Shown here piece by piece: positions 63,635 to 64,000 of a stretch of DNA of 64,000 nt (position 1 is the first letter of the stretch; every line of letters begins with the position of its first letter). The notes below the pieces were generated by a model. The model was not told the origin of the DNA, made no database searches, and saw nothing but the letters and a program-made list of their open reading frames with translations. The position numbers and the translations under genes were made by a program. Source of the stretch: Macrostomum lignano (lineage: Eukaryota); contig NIVC01000064.1 of NCBI GenBank assembly GCA_002269645.1, positions 1 through 64,000 of the forward strand. The letters run 5' to 3'.

Positions 63635-64000
63635 CTTCTATTTTGGCTCACCGTTCTTTCTATTTTGGCTCACCGTTCCTTCTATTTTGGCTCACCGTTC
63701 TTTCTATTTTGGCTCACCGTTCCTTCTATTTTGGCTCACCGTTCCTTCTATTTTGGCTCACCGTTCCTTCTATTTTGGCTCACCATTCCTTCTATTTTGG
63801 CTCACCGTTCCTTCTATTTTGGCTCACCGTTCTTTCTATTTTGGCTCACCGTTCTTTCTATTTTGGCTCACCGTTCCTTCTATTTTGGCTCACCGTTCCT
63901 TCTATTTTGGCTCACCGTTTCTTCTATTTTGGCTCACCGTTCCTTCTATTTTGGCTCACTGTTCCTTCTATTTTGGCTCACTGTTCCTTCTATTTTGGCT
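63635..64000. repeat. 22-bp minisatellite tattttggctcaccgttccttc, runs off the window
   Basis: Directly visible. Confidence 0.93.

Overview
Eukaryotic (metazoan) nuclear DNA with GT-AG introns. The style (GC-rich exons, small exon counts, introns filled with minisatellites) resembles the flatworm Macrostomum; this is inference, not a database match. The left ~22.7 kb holds a 3-exon annexin (minus strand, about 8 single-base indels), three tandem 9-exon SLC22/OCT-like transporter genes (two are recent duplicates with patchwork gene conversion), and transposon debris: RTE-like LINE fragments, a Tc1 transposase remnant, a hAT-type MITE and a foldback element, the last two with 8-bp TSDs. The right ~41 kb holds WDHD1/And-1, a TIR-like hypothetical gene, a divergent ZIP transporter, TCTE1/DRC5, a secreted WSC protein, ASCC1, a likely catalytically dead EXD1/Egalitarian-like gene and the last exon of an unknown gene. 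Roughly 40% of this right part is tandem repeat, mostly a different minisatellite in each large intron. Most notable signals: (1) a 1.2-kb CpG-free tract at the boundary of the two parts, running into a repeat array with a gradient of non-CpG C>T/G>A changes (RIP-like or deamination footprint) where WDHD1 exon 1 should be; (2) a three-copy tRNA-headed SINE-like element whose 3' end is an expandable ~47-bp satellite carrying AP-1 sites; (3) a 78-bp CCAAT-box array; (4) operon-like gene packing at the right end. All exon models were built by hand, and their summed lengths are frame-consistent except at the noted indels.
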